Counted from the stretch's first letter, positions 1-9,552 are shown. The stretch: DNA of 64,000 nucleotides from Candidatus Staskawiczbacteria bacterium RIFOXYC1_FULL_38_18 (GCA_001822095.1 MHPP01000014.1:1662-65661); one strand, 5' to 3'. Notes: generated by a model from the sequence alone, not told the origin. Translations and numbers: made by a program.

Positions 1-685
1 CAAGGAAAAAATTTATAGCGAAAGTAACAGAGCCTTAAATGCCGATATTTGGGCAGAGAGCATAACCGTGCGCAGAAATTATGTTTCTTTTATTGCAAAA
101 AATAAGGCTGGCGAGTTGGCTGACTTTAAGGCGAATGTTTTGGGAAAACAAAATGTGCAAAATCTTTTAGGGGCTGTTTTAGTGGCGAAGGAACTAGGGA
201 TGAGCTTTGGAGAAATTTCAGACGCAATGACGCATATAAAACAAGAGCAGGCGGGAATGGTTTTGAAACAGGGGAAACACGGAATTGATATTATAGACTC
301 GTCATATTCTGCAAACCCGGACGGAGTTTTTGCTGATTTGGATTATTTAAATATTTTTGGCAACCCTTCGACGGGCTCAGGGCAGGCTAAAAAAATAATT
401 GTTATGCCCTGTTTGATTGAACTTGGAGAAAAATCAAAAATAATACACGAACAAATTGGCAAAAAAATCGGCAAAGTTTGCGGAATGGCTATTATAACGA
501 GCAAGGATGATTTTGAGCAATTGAAAAGGGGCGTAATGGAATCGGGCATGAAAGAAAGCAATATTTTATTTTTAGAAAAACCGGCCGAAATATATTCGGT
601 AATTACGCTTTTTTGCAAATCCGGCGACGCAATTTTACTTGAAGGCCGAGTCCCAAATAAATTAATTGAGCTATTACTAGGTTGA
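1..685 (+). CDS. murF: UDP-N-acetylmuramoyl-tripeptide--D-alanyl-D-alanine ligase (MurF), C-terminal part; 5' end lies outside the window
   Basis: The reading frame is open from base 2 with no stop. It has the Mur ligase C-terminal domain with a DSSYSANP motif (MurF-type DDSYNANP). It carries an in-frame 24-bp GC-rich insert encoding PSTGSGQA. Confidence 0.6.
   Translation, partial: KEKIYSESNRALNADIWAESITVRRNYVSFIAKNKAGELADFKANVLGKQNVQNLLGAVLVAKELGMSFGEISDAMTHIKQEQAGMVLKQGKHGIDIIDSSYSANPDGVFADLDYLNIFGNPSTGSGQAKKIIVMPCLIELGEKSKIIHEQIGKKIGKVCGMAIITSKDDFEQLKRGVMESGMKESNILFLEKPAEIYSVITLFCKSGDAILLEGRVPNKLIELLLG
364..387 (+). repeat. 24-bp GC-rich element cccttcgacgggctcagggcaggc, in-frame inside murF
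   Basis: A 23/24 identical copy lies inside ftsQ at 3442-3465. Both encode P-S-T-G-S-G-Q-A and are strongly GC-rich islands inside AT-rich coding sequence. Confidence 0.8.
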
Positions 686-1938
686 GGAATTATTTTAAAC
701 CCATATCAATCTCACTTTCGCCGAATGTGGAAAAAGACGACGTAGCGCTCGCCTTAAATTTGCTTATACGGCCATGGCTTTGGAGAAAAGGAAAGGGGAT
801 TAAAGAGCTGGAGGAGAGCTTTAAAAATTATCTTGGCGTAAAATACGCTTTTAGTTTTAACTCAGGCAGAAGCTCGCTATACGCAATTCTTAAAGCTTTA
901 GAACTCCAGAAAGGGGATGAAGTTTTGTTGCAGGCGTTTACATGCAACGCAGTACCAAACCCCATTTTATGGGTGGGTTTAGAGCCGGTTTATGTTGATT
1001 GTTCAACGGAGGACTTTAATATAAATTTGGATGACTTAAAGGCTAAAATTAGCCCCAAAACCAGGGTTTTAGTAGTTCAGCACACATTTGGAATGCCGGC
1101 CAATATGGACGAAATTAGGGCTATCTGCGAGGCTAAGAATATTATATTAATAGAGGACTGCGCCCATGCGCTTGGAGCTGATATTAATGGCTTTAAGGTT
1201 GGAACTTTTGGCAAGGCATCATTTTTCAGTTTTTCCAGAGACAAGGTTATTTCATCGGTTTATGGAGGAATGGTTGCAACAAATGATCCTTCTCTCGCCG
1301 AAAAAATCAGGCGAGCTCAGGACAAATTTGGAAGCCCAAATTCGCTCTGGGTTTTTCAGCAGATTTTGCATCCGATTTTGTTAAACTTTATAATTTTGCC
1401 GGTTTATAGCTTTTTAGATTTGGGAAAAATTATTCTGGTTGCCTCGCAGGTTTTCCATGTTTTATCGAAGGCCGTGAGTTGGCAGGAAAAGAGAGGATTG
1501 AGGCCTGGTTATTTCCCAAACGCCTTGCCAAATGCAATAGCTATGATGGCAATAAACCAGCTCAAAAAAATAGAAAAATTTAAAACTCACCGCCAAAAAG
1601 TTGCAGATTATTATTTTAAGGAATTGGCGGGAACTAAATTTGAATTGCCCAAAATTTATGATAATAAAAATAATATATATTTACGGTTCAGTGTGAAACA
1701 TAAAGACGCACACGAGATAATTTATGAAGCCTGGCACAAACAAAATATTTTATTGGGGGACTGGTATACAACCCCAATTGCGCCGTTTGATACAAAAATT
1801 GAAGAGATGAAATATATAATGGGAATGTGCAAAAATGCGGAATATTTGGCAAAACACACGCTAAACCTGCCCACACACATAAATATTAAAAAAGAGGACG
1901 CAGAACGGATAGTGGGTTTTTTAAAAAAATGGAAATAA
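682..1938 (+). CDS. DegT/DnrJ/EryC1/StrS family PLP-dependent aminotransferase
   Basis: Conserved fold I aminotransferase blocks are present (SFNSGRSSL, LIEDCAHALGA, FSFSRDKVI). The start overlaps the murF stop by 4 nt. Confidence 0.75.
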   Translation: MRNYFKPISISLSPNVEKDDVALALNLLIRPWLWRKGKGIKELEESFKNYLGVKYAFSFNSGRSSLYAILKALELQKGDEVLLQAFTCNAVPNPILWVGLEPVYVDCSTEDFNINLDDLKAKISPKTRVLVVQHTFGMPANMDEIRAICEAKNIILIEDCAHALGADINGFKVGTFGKASFFSFSRDKVISSVYGGMVATNDPSLAEKIRRAQDKFGSPNSLWVFQQILHPILLNFIILPVYSFLDLGKIILVASQVFHVLSKAVSWQEKRGLRPGYFPNALPNAIAMMAINQLKKIEKFKTHRQKVADYYFKELAGTKFELPKIYDNKNNIYLRFSVKHKDAHEIIYEAWHKQNILLGDWYTTPIAPFDTKIEEMKYIMGMCKNAEYLAKHTLNLPTHINIKKEDAERIVGFLKKWK

Positions 1939-2990
1939 GAGAAATTACAAATAAAGACGAGTGGGAAGATTTTTTGGGGGGTTGTACAGAAAAAACTTTT
2001 TTGCAATCGTGGAATTGGGGAGAATTTTGTGCCCCAGGCGCACCAGCCTCGGGCTTGAATTTGGGAAATAAAATTTGGAGGTTTGGGATTTTTGACAACG
2101 AAAAATTAGTTTCGGTTGCGATGGCAATAAAGGTTTTAGCTAAACGGGGTACGTTTTTATTTATTCCCCACGGTCCGGTTTTTAGCGAGAGTTCGAATAT
2201 TGCTGGTAAAAAGCAAATCTTAGAACTTATAATTATCAGGCTAGACGAAATCGCAAAAGAGGAGAAAGCGAGCTTTATAAGAATTTCCCCATTGCTTTTA
2301 AAAAACGAAGAAAATAACCGTATATTTGAGGATTTAAATTTTAGGCCGTCCCCGATGCACTCATCGGCATATGAAGCCACATGGAAACTGGATATTTTTT
2401 TTGAAGAAGGCGAGTTGCTAAAAAATATGCGCAAAACCACGCGCTACTTGATTAGAAAGGCCACTGAAAATCAGGATATTTCAATTGAAATAAGTGCCGA
2501 CCCCATAAATATTGAGGTTTATCAAAAACTGAATAAGGCGGTTTCAAAACGCCAGAATTTTATTCCGTTTTCGGACAGCTCAATTAAAAATGAATTTGAG
2601 ATTTTTAAAAAAGATAATCAGGCTGTCTTTTTGTTTGGCAAATATAAAGGCGAGACTGTTGCGGGGGCGATGGTTATATTCTGGCAGGGGATTGCCTATT
2701 ACCACCAGGCGGCATCTGTTGGGAAATATTCTAAATTCTCAATTCCGTATTTACTGCAATGGCGGGCAATTTTAGAGGCTAAAAGACGAGGCTGTAAAAT
2801 TTACGACTTCTGGGGATTTACTGACCCGGAAAAATTTCCCCATCACCCGTGGGCAGGGCCCACGTTGTTTAAAATGGGCTTTGGAGGGTATAAGGAAGAG
2901 TATGTGCAGACCCAAGATTTTGTTTTGTCGCCAAAATATTGGTTTAATTATATAATAGAATTAATCCGCGCCAAAAGACGCGGGTTATAA
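1929..2990 (+). CDS. FemAB-family peptidoglycan interpeptide-bridge aminoacyltransferase
   Basis: N-terminal FLQSWNWGEF (FemAB hallmark FLQSWEWG). The length of 353 aa fits and it sits among cell-wall genes. Confidence 0.7.
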   Translation: MEIREITNKDEWEDFLGGCTEKTFLQSWNWGEFCAPGAPASGLNLGNKIWRFGIFDNEKLVSVAMAIKVLAKRGTFLFIPHGPVFSESSNIAGKKQILELIIIRLDEIAKEEKASFIRISPLLLKNEENNRIFEDLNFRPSPMHSSAYEATWKLDIFFEEGELLKNMRKTTRYLIRKATENQDISIEISADPINIEVYQKLNKAVSKRQNFIPFSDSSIKNEFEIFKKDNQAVFLFGKYKGETVAGAMVIFWQGIAYYHQAASVGKYSKFSIPYLLQWRAILEAKRRGCKIYDFWGFTDPEKFPHHPWAGPTLFKMGFGGYKEEYVQTQDFVLSPKYWFNYIIELIRAKRRGL

Positions 2991-3020
2991 TTAAAAATTT
3001 AAAATTTTAAATTTAAAATT
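2987..3020. repeat. 34-bp AT-rich palindromic sequence; copy 1 of 2
   Basis: The sequence ataattaaaaatttaaaattttaaatttaaaatt begins right at the FemAB stop. An identical copy with one mismatch is at 46788-46821. Confidence 0.7.
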
Positions 3021-3025
3021 CGCCT

Positions 3026-3874
3026 GTGTCATACAGAAAATATCACATAAAAAATAAAATCCACAGGATAAAGCCCCAAAAGCCAATTTTTGTAAATCTT
3101 TGGTTTTGGATTGTAATTCTAATTATAATAATTTTTTTGACCTTAGTGTATTTTTTGTTTTTTTACCCCGGATTTCAGGTGCAGAATATTATAATATCGG
3201 GCAACCAAAAAGTGGAAACTCTTCAGTTGCAAAACGTTGTGTCCCGAGAAGTTAACCGGAAAATTTTTGCACTGGGGCCGATTCGTGTTTTTTCAAAAAG
3301 TATTTTATTCGTTGACAAAAATTCTTTAACTACAGGGCTCTTGAAGGATTTTCCGGCAATTGACACCCTGGCAATAAAAATAAAATTCCCTCATACGCTG
3401 GCATTGGATATTTTTGAAAGAAAGCCAGTGGGAATTTTTTGCCCTTCGACAGGCTCAGGGCAGGCGAGCGAGAGGTGCTTTTTTGTAGACGGGGCGGGGA
3501 TTATTTTTGAGGAGCTATCGGGAATTCCCGATAACATGTTTATCGTGCGACAGGAAAAAACAAACGGCCTGGAGGCAGTTGAGGGACAGAATGTGGTGGG
3601 ACAAGACGTCATTGATGCGATTTTAAAAATCCAGAAAGAGCTAACCGATAAATTCAAAATAAATATAAAAGAGGCGCTCGTTGCCACGCCCATACGGCTG
3701 GATATCAAAACAGGGGAGGGGTGGCAGATTTATTTTGACCTTTCTTCGGGCCTCGGCATAGATATGCAGGTGGCAAAATTGAATTTACTTTTAAAAAATG
3801 ACATAACTCCCCATGTTCGTAAAACATTGCAGTATATCGATTTGAGATTCAAAGACAGAGCATACTACAAATAA
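3026..3874 (+). CDS. ftsQ: Cell division protein FtsQ/DivIB-like (TM anchor + POTRA)
   Basis: An N-terminal basic segment and TM helix are followed by a POTRA-like region (VQNIIISGNQKV...). It sits in a cell-wall gene context. It carries the same in-frame 24-bp GC-rich insert (PSTGSGQA) as murF. Confidence 0.55.
   Translation: MSYRKYHIKNKIHRIKPQKPIFVNLWFWIVILIIIIFLTLVYFLFFYPGFQVQNIIISGNQKVETLQLQNVVSREVNRKIFALGPIRVFSKSILFVDKNSLTTGLLKDFPAIDTLAIKIKFPHTLALDIFERKPVGIFCPSTGSGQASERCFFVDGAGIIFEELSGIPDNMFIVRQEKTNGLEAVEGQNVVGQDVIDAILKIQKELTDKFKINIKEALVATPIRLDIKTGEGWQIYFDLSSGLGIDMQVAKLNLLLKNDITPHVRKTLQYIDLRFKDRAYYK
3442..3465 (+). repeat. 24-bp GC-rich element, second copy, in-frame inside ftsQ
   Basis: See the 364-387 copy. 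It differs by a single G/A substitution. Confidence 0.8.
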
Positions 3875-3878
3875 TACT

Positions 3879-3907
3879 TGACAGGGAATGGTTGTTGTGA
3901 TATAATC
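3879..3907 (+). promoter_or_regulatory. sigma70-type promoter (TTGACA-17-TATAAT)
   Basis: TTGACA gggaatggttgttgtga TATAAT lies about 10 nt upstream of the ATG of the CAP-domain gene. Confidence 0.7.
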
Positions 3908-3917
3908 AAGTATAGGC

Positions 3918-4817
3918 ATGAATTACGAATTAGGAGAATTTAGGCTTGATGTACAGAATGTGAGGAAATTTTTGTTAAGCAATATTTTGCTGTATTGCGC
4001 TGTTTTGCTTTTGGTTTTAAAGATTGCCCTTATTGGCGTCTCGCTAAACATTCCATTTAACATATTTTTTGCCGATATTACAAAAATAACGCTGGAAAAT
4101 TTGGCCAACCAAACAAGGCAATCGCTGGGTTTGGGCGTATTAATCCGTAGCCAAAAATTGGACGAAGCCGCCAAACTAAAGGCGGAAGATATGGTAAAAA
4201 ATGGGTATTTTGAGCACACAAGCCCAACAGGAGTTTCTCCGTGGTTTTGGTTTTCAAAAACAAGATATGACTATAAGTATGCTGGAGAGAATTTGGCAAT
4301 CGGATTTTACGACTCAACAGAGGTTTACAATGCCTGGCTGGATTCTCCCGCGCATAAGGCCAATTTGCTAAACCCCAACTATAAGGAATTTGGCACAGCG
4401 ATAGCGGGAGGATTTGGAAACAATAATACGGTTGTTGTTGTCCAGCTTTTTGGAAGCCCCAAACCCGAGATAGCATCTCCGGAAAAAAATTCAGTTGCTG
4501 TAAAATCTCCGGAAGCCGTGCAGCAACCCAAGCCCATAATTGAGCCAAAGGAGATTTTGCCTGAAAAGGTTTTGTCGCAATCAACCCAGGAGATCAAACC
4601 ATTTGAGGGCGCAACAAAGCTAGTCCAGGATATTATTTTTGGCGTATCTTTGGTTGTTATTGGCGCATTGCTGTTTTTACTGCTTTTTAGCACGGATTTT
4701 AAGACAGATAAAAAGCTTGTCCTTAGGCCACTGGCTATTTTAATTTTTTTGGGATTTTCATCTATTATTAATAAAGACTTGATAATTTTAATAATTCCGC
4801 ACCAGCTTATAATATAA
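3918..4817 (+). CDS. CAP/SCP (cysteine-rich secretory protein family) domain protein with N- and C-terminal TM segments
   Basis: CAP-domain motifs are present (GYFEHTSP, GENLAIGF, AWLDSPAHKANLL). It is anchored by hydrophobic helices at both ends. Confidence 0.65.
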   Translation: MNYELGEFRLDVQNVRKFLLSNILLYCAVLLLVLKIALIGVSLNIPFNIFFADITKITLENLANQTRQSLGLGVLIRSQKLDEAAKLKAEDMVKNGYFEHTSPTGVSPWFWFSKTRYDYKYAGENLAIGFYDSTEVYNAWLDSPAHKANLLNPNYKEFGTAIAGGFGNNNTVVVVQLFGSPKPEIASPEKNSVAVKSPEAVQQPKPIIEPKEILPEKVLSQSTQEIKPFEGATKLVQDIIFGVSLVVIGALLFLLLFSTDFKTDKKLVLRPLAILIFLGFSSIINKDLIILIIPHQLII

Positions 4818-4819
4818 AA

Positions 4820-5488
4820 ATGGATAATTTAAAAGCAAGAAAAATATTAAAATTTGCTATAGCTATCTACGTTGCCAGCTTTTTGGTTTTTAACTGGAAT
4901 AATGTTTCGTGGATTTTCAATTACAAGGCAGTTGGAGGAATTGTGAGTGATTTTTTTAATCCATACCCCAGCATATCGGCGTCATCCATGGGCGCATATT
5001 TCTACCCAAACCGTAATTCGGGATCTGGCTCAGGCCTGATGAACGTTAGAACAACCTACACCGATAAACAAAATACTCTTGAGATACCAAAATTATCCCT
5101 TTCTACGCCCATAATTTTTTCAGCCAGCACAGAAAAAAACGTTCTGGAGAAAGATCTTGAATCTGGAGTTATATATTATCCAGGCTCTGTGTATCCCGGG
5201 CAAGAGGGGCAAATTGTTATTTTGGGACATTCGGCGCCAGTAGGCTGGCCGGACATCAAATACCAATGGGTTTTTACAAAACTGAACGACCTGGTAGAGG
5301 GTGACGTAATCCTAATTAATCTAAACAACAAGCAATATACCTATATAGTAAGAAAAAAAACAATAATTAAAAAGGGGGCGGACGTGCCCGCGAGTGGAGC
5401 TACAAACACCAACGAATTGGTTTTGGTGAGTTGCTGGCCTCCAGGGAAAGATTATCAGCGAATTGCGGTGCAAGCCGAGTTAAATTAA
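4820..5488 (+). CDS. Sortase-family transpeptidase
   Basis: An N-terminal TM anchor is present. A conserved His block (ILGHSAP) and a catalytic Cys in the LVLVSCWP (TLxTC-like) motif are both present. Confidence 0.7.
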   Translation: MDNLKARKILKFAIAIYVASFLVFNWNNVSWIFNYKAVGGIVSDFFNPYPSISASSMGAYFYPNRNSGSGSGLMNVRTTYTDKQNTLEIPKLSLSTPIIFSASTEKNVLEKDLESGVIYYPGSVYPGQEGQIVILGHSAPVGWPDIKYQWVFTKLNDLVEGDVILINLNNKQYTYIVRKKTIIKKGADVPASGATNTNELVLVSCWPPGKDYQRIAVQAELN

Positions 5489-5493
5489 CATTG

Positions 5494-5528
5494 ACATATT
5501 TTACATAACGTGATAATATCTAAAATAA
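5494..5528 (+). promoter_or_regulatory. sigma70-type promoter
   Basis: TTGACA tattttacataacgtga TAATAT lies upstream of the surface-protein gene. Confidence 0.55.
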
Positions 5529-5557
5529 TTTAGTAAATAAAAAATTAACAAAAAAGT

Positions 5558-7090
5558 ATGAAAAACGCACAAAAAATATTAATCATATCAATTTTAACAA
5601 TATTAATTGCCGGGGGCTTTGTGTTGCCGACAGATGAAGCTGTCGCAAGCGTGTCTTGCGCCAACGGAACAACTCTGACTGCGCAGGAGCTTTACAATGC
5701 CGTATGGTCGGGGAAGTTAATAGCAACTTTTTCCGAACAGCCCGGCCAGGTGGTGGCAAGCGTAAATAATTTAACAGGTTGCACCGCGCCGGTGATCGGA
5801 GCGTCATACAAAATGTATAATGCCTATGGAACCCCAGGCTGGCTTGATACTCAGCAATATATAGGCTCGTCAGTCATGGTAAATATTAATGCCAACGGAA
5901 TAACCACCATAACTGTTCCAGTTGCGTCATGCAGAACTCAGGTTGATTTGTGGTATCAAGCTGCTCCTCAACAGCTTTATGATAGCGTGGATTATGGATC
6001 TTATCTTGACGCAAATTACGCGTTTGCCGCATATGCAACTCAAACCGCGCTTTGTACCGCCACCCCGGTTTGCACGCCTAGCTGGCAAACCGGAGCCTGG
6101 GGAGAGTGCATTAACGGATATCAGACAAGAACAGTAACTGACGCAAATGCTTGCGGAGTTGAAACCAGCAAGCCATCCACAACTCAATCTTGCGCGGTTG
6201 CGCCAGTAATAACTCCACCAGCTCAAACCCAAACTCAGACCCAAACCCAGGTAAACACTCAGACAGTATATGTAAACACAACAGGAGGTGGAAATAACAA
6301 TACTTGCTCAAACCACGCATACCAAAGATGCTCGGGTAGCAATTTGTATTGGTATGACTCGTGCGGAAACCAGCAAGAATATCAGTATTGCCCAAACGGG
6401 TGCTATAACAACGCGTGCCAAAATTATACAAACACCTACGGAAGCCTGACAATTAATAAGACTGTCAGAAATCTCGCTTCAGGCAGTACAAATTTTGCAA
6501 GTTCGGTTTATGCCAATCCGTTGGACACGCTTATGTTTATGATAACTCTGCAGGCAAACGGAAATCAGAATATGCAAAATGTTTTTGTAAGGGATTATTT
6601 CCCCGCCAACTTAATTTACCAGAACCAGCTTATAGTTTCAGGAGGAAGCAATTACTACAATAATAATTCAGGGAATATTGTTTCAGGGATTAATATAGGC
6701 ACAATATCAAGCGGTCAGACAGCTACAATAACCTATCAGGCGCAGGTTGCCTCCGCTCAAAATTTTGCCTATGGCGCGACAACATTGAATAACAGCGCCT
6801 CTGCAACAAGCTCGGTTGGAAGCACCCCAACAGCCTCTGCCTCTGTAATTGTTAATAGGGCGGCGGTTTATGGGGCAAGCGCCATTTCAACAGGCTTAAC
6901 AAATAATTTTTTGGTTGATTCCTTTTTCTTGCCATTAATGATTACCCTGCTTGGCATTTTGATGTTAAAATCAGGAATGTTTGCCGGAGCCGAGAAATGG
7001 TTCTATGCCAGAAAGAAAAATGGAAGAGAATTTAGAGCCAGCAGAGAATTAAGCAAGAAAATTTCGGAAATTAGAAAATTTGGAAGCTAA
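5558..7090 (+). CDS. Secreted Cys-rich surface protein with TQ-repeat linker and C-terminal membrane anchor
   Basis: A signal peptide is present. There are many paired cysteines, a TQTQTQTQ low-complexity linker, a beta-rich repeat region and a C-terminal hydrophobic helix plus basic tail. It lies immediately downstream of the sortase gene. Confidence 0.45.
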   Translation: MKNAQKILIISILTILIAGGFVLPTDEAVASVSCANGTTLTAQELYNAVWSGKLIATFSEQPGQVVASVNNLTGCTAPVIGASYKMYNAYGTPGWLDTQQYIGSSVMVNINANGITTITVPVASCRTQVDLWYQAAPQQLYDSVDYGSYLDANYAFAAYATQTALCTATPVCTPSWQTGAWGECINGYQTRTVTDANACGVETSKPSTTQSCAVAPVITPPAQTQTQTQTQVNTQTVYVNTTGGGNNNTCSNHAYQRCSGSNLYWYDSCGNQQEYQYCPNGCYNNACQNYTNTYGSLTINKTVRNLASGSTNFASSVYANPLDTLMFMITLQANGNQNMQNVFVRDYFPANLIYQNQLIVSGGSNYYNNNSGNIVSGINIGTISSGQTATITYQAQVASAQNFAYGATTLNNSASATSSVGSTPTASASVIVNRAAVYGASAISTGLTNNFLVDSFFLPLMITLLGILMLKSGMFAGAEKWFYARKKNGREFRASRELSKKISEIRKFGS

Positions 7091-7113
7091 AAATTAAAAA
7101 GCTAATTTTGCCA

Positions 7114-7138
7114 GAAGGCGTGCAAAAGCGCCTTTTTG
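7114..7138 (+). terminator. Rho-independent terminator
   Basis: The aggcgtgcaaaagcgcct hairpin is followed by TTTTT. Confidence 0.6.
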
Positions 7139-7157
7139 GCTGTATAATCAAAGTCAT

Positions 7158-7526
7158 ATGACGCACGAAGAATTCGCAAAATTAGTGGGAGAAGCGATTG
7201 ATTCAATTGACGAAAAATTTTTGAAAAAATTAAAAAATGTGGAAATAGTTATTGAAGACGACCCCACGCCAGAGCAATTGCAGAAACTTAGCTTACGGGG
7301 AGGCACGCTTCTTGGATTATACGAGGGCATACCTCAAATAAAAAGAGAGCAGTACGCAAATGTTTTGCCCGATAAAATAACGATTTTTAAAAATTCTATT
7401 GAGAAGGTTTATTCCAGCCCGGAAACCATAAAAAAAGCAGTGAAAGACACTGTTTGGCACGAAATAGCTCATCACTTTGGAATGGACGAGCACCAAGTCC
7501 GAAAAGCTGAACAAAAACGCAAATAA
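7158..7526 (+). CDS. Zincin-like metallopeptidase family protein (DUF1025-like)
   Basis: A HEIAHHFG (HExxH) motif lies near the C-terminus of a 122-aa acidic protein. A -10 TATAAT element lies upstream. Confidence 0.45.
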   Translation: MTHEEFAKLVGEAIDSIDEKFLKKLKNVEIVIEDDPTPEQLQKLSLRGGTLLGLYEGIPQIKREQYANVLPDKITIFKNSIEKVYSSPETIKKAVKDTVWHEIAHHFGMDEHQVRKAEQKRK

Positions 7527-8126
7527 TTATTTGCGGCCTTCAAGCGCAGATTCCAAAGTTTCCTCGTCAGCGTATTCAAGTTCTCCGCCAACGGGTATGC
7601 CCTTTGCCAGATGGGTGATTTTTACATCAGAAGTAATTTCTTTTATAGAGTTTTCAACCAATACAGAAGTTGCCCTGCCTTCGGGGGTGGGATTTAGCGC
7701 AATAATTATCTCAGAAAAATTGCCGTCTTTAATGCGTTTTTTCAATTCCTCAATTCTTAAAATTGGAATATCTTCTTTTCTCATTAGCGAAACCGTTCCG
7801 CCCAAAATAAAATAAAGCCCGTTGTATTTTTTAGTATTTTCAATAGACAATAAATCAGTTTCTTTTTCAACAACACAAAGCAAGTTTTTATTTCTTGATG
7901 GATTTTTGCAAATCTGGCATAAAACAGAATTATCATAGGGCTCAAAGGGATTAAAGCAAAGCTCACATAATTTTATTTTATTTTTTAATTCTTGAATTGC
8001 GCCAATCAGCTCGTCAACCCCTTCTTTGGGAAGCTTCATTAAGTAATAAACAAAACGGCCGGCTGTTCTTTGGCCAACCGTTGGAAATTTTTTAAAAATA
8101 TCTTTTAGTTTTTCTATGCTATCCAT
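7527..8126 (-). CDS. recR: Recombination protein RecR
   Basis: An N-terminal HhH motif (FPTVGQRTAGRFVYYL) and a C4 zinc finger (CELCFNPFE...CQIC) are present, along with a Toprim region. Confidence 0.9.
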   Translation of the reverse strand: MDSIEKLKDIFKKFPTVGQRTAGRFVYYLMKLPKEGVDELIGAIQELKNKIKLCELCFNPFEPYDNSVLCQICKNPSRNKNLLCVVEKETDLLSIENTKKYNGLYFILGGTVSLMRKEDIPILRIEELKKRIKDGNFSEIIIALNPTPEGRATSVLVENSIKEITSDVKITHLAKGIPVGGELEYADEETLESALEGRK

Positions 8127-8129
8127 TTA

Positions 8130-9482
8130 TTAGTTTTCATTAGCATACTGACCTTTATCTAAATTTTTAAAACTTACTCTTTGCTTGTCAAAGAATAAAT
8201 CAACATATCCGGTAGCTCCATTTCTGTGTTTTTCAATTAGAATTTTTGCCATTCCCGGGTTTAGGCTGTTTTCATTATAGGCGTCTTCGCGGTAAATAAA
8301 CATAACCACATCAGCGTCTTGTTCAATTGCGCCAGATTCCCTTAAGTCTGACAATCTTGGAATTTGCGGAACGCGTGACTCAACAGCGCGGGATAATTGC
8401 GACAAAACCAAAACCGGCACGTTTAACTCCTTTGCCAAAATTTTTAAAGCCCTTGAGTTTTCGGAAACCTGCTGGACGGGCGAGGCGTATTTATTCATTG
8501 GCTGCATTAATTGCAAATAATCAATTACCAGTAAGGACAACCCTTTGTTTGCCTGCAGTCTGCGCGCCATTGCCCTCATTTGCAAAATATTTACAGAGCC
8601 GGCGTCATCAATATAAATAGGGGCTTCTGATAAAATTCCCATTGCATGCTGGATTCTTGAGTAGTCATCGTCCTTCAGATGCCCCGTCCTTAAATGCCAC
8701 GAATCAATGTTTGCCACGCTGGAAATCATCCTGTCGGCCAGCTGGTCTTTTGACATTTCTAAAGAAAACAATCCAACCGGCTGGTTTGTGCCAATAGCAA
8801 CATTTCTAGCAATATCCAAAGCCAGAGACGACTTGCCCATTGCCGGCCTTGCGGCTAAAATTATCAGGTCGGACTTTTGCAAACCCGCCAGCATATTGTC
8901 CAAATCCTTAAATCCTGTTGGGATTCCGCGCAAACCTCCGGACTGCTTTGAGAGCATGTCAAGCCTCTCAAATGTTTCGGGCAAGATGTCCTTTATGGGG
9001 GTGAAAGTTTGTGTTAATGCCCGTTGCCCAATTCCAAAAATTGTTTTTTCTGCCCTGTCAATTAAAACATCAACCTCTTCCTGTTCGTCGTCAAAAGCCG
9101 ATAAGCCAATTTCTTCAGAAGCTGAAATTAAGTCGCGTAAAATCTTTTTTTGGCGGACAATTTTTGCGTAATTTGAAACGTGAGTGGCTGTCGGTACGGT
9201 ATTTATAAGTGTTGTTAAATATGCCGAGCCTCCGGTTTCCTCCAGTCTTGTTTTTTCTTTTAATCTGGCGGAAACAGACAAAATATCAATTGGGTCGGAT
9301 CGTTCGTACAAATCAAACATTGCCTGGTAAATATCCTGATGTATGCCCTTATAAAAATCTTCTGCTTTTATAAAATCAACAATTTTTACAATAGCCTCCT
9401 TATCCAACATTAAGCAACCCAGCAAGCATTGTTCTGCTTCGGTATTTTGAGGGGGAAGTTTTACCGGCATTTCGTTGACCAT
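8130..9482 (-). CDS. dnaB: Replicative DNA helicase DnaB
   Basis: A Walker A motif (GARPAMGKSS) and DnaB-family blocks (DYLQLM, SQLSRAVE) are present. The length is 450 aa. No intein is present. Confidence 0.9.
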   Translation of the reverse strand: MVNEMPVKLPPQNTEAEQCLLGCLMLDKEAIVKIVDFIKAEDFYKGIHQDIYQAMFDLYERSDPIDILSVSARLKEKTRLEETGGSAYLTTLINTVPTATHVSNYAKIVRQKKILRDLISASEEIGLSAFDDEQEEVDVLIDRAEKTIFGIGQRALTQTFTPIKDILPETFERLDMLSKQSGGLRGIPTGFKDLDNMLAGLQKSDLIILAARPAMGKSSLALDIARNVAIGTNQPVGLFSLEMSKDQLADRMISSVANIDSWHLRTGHLKDDDYSRIQHAMGILSEAPIYIDDAGSVNILQMRAMARRLQANKGLSLLVIDYLQLMQPMNKYASPVQQVSENSRALKILAKELNVPVLVLSQLSRAVESRVPQIPRLSDLRESGAIEQDADVVMFIYREDAYNENSLNPGMAKILIEKHRNGATGYVDLFFDKQRVSFKNLDKGQYANEN

Positions 9483-9523
9483 ATTTCGTTAGTTTAGCAA
9501 AACCGAGAAAACAGAGCAAGGGC

Positions 9524-9552
9524 TTGACAATAAGATAGTATTATGATAGCAT
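9524..9552 (+). promoter_or_regulatory. sigma70-type promoter with extended upstream motif gcaagggcTTGACA
   Basis: TTGACA-17-TAGCAT. The 14-bp block gcaagggcttgaca is identical to the promoter at 10820-10856. Confidence 0.55.

Noticed and set aside
343-618. Antisense ORFs 343-618 (minus) and 3391-3708 (minus) sharing an ACPEPVEG peptide
   Set aside because: They are created by the reverse complement of the 24-bp GC-rich repeat inside murF and ftsQ. They overlap well-supported genes on the other strand.
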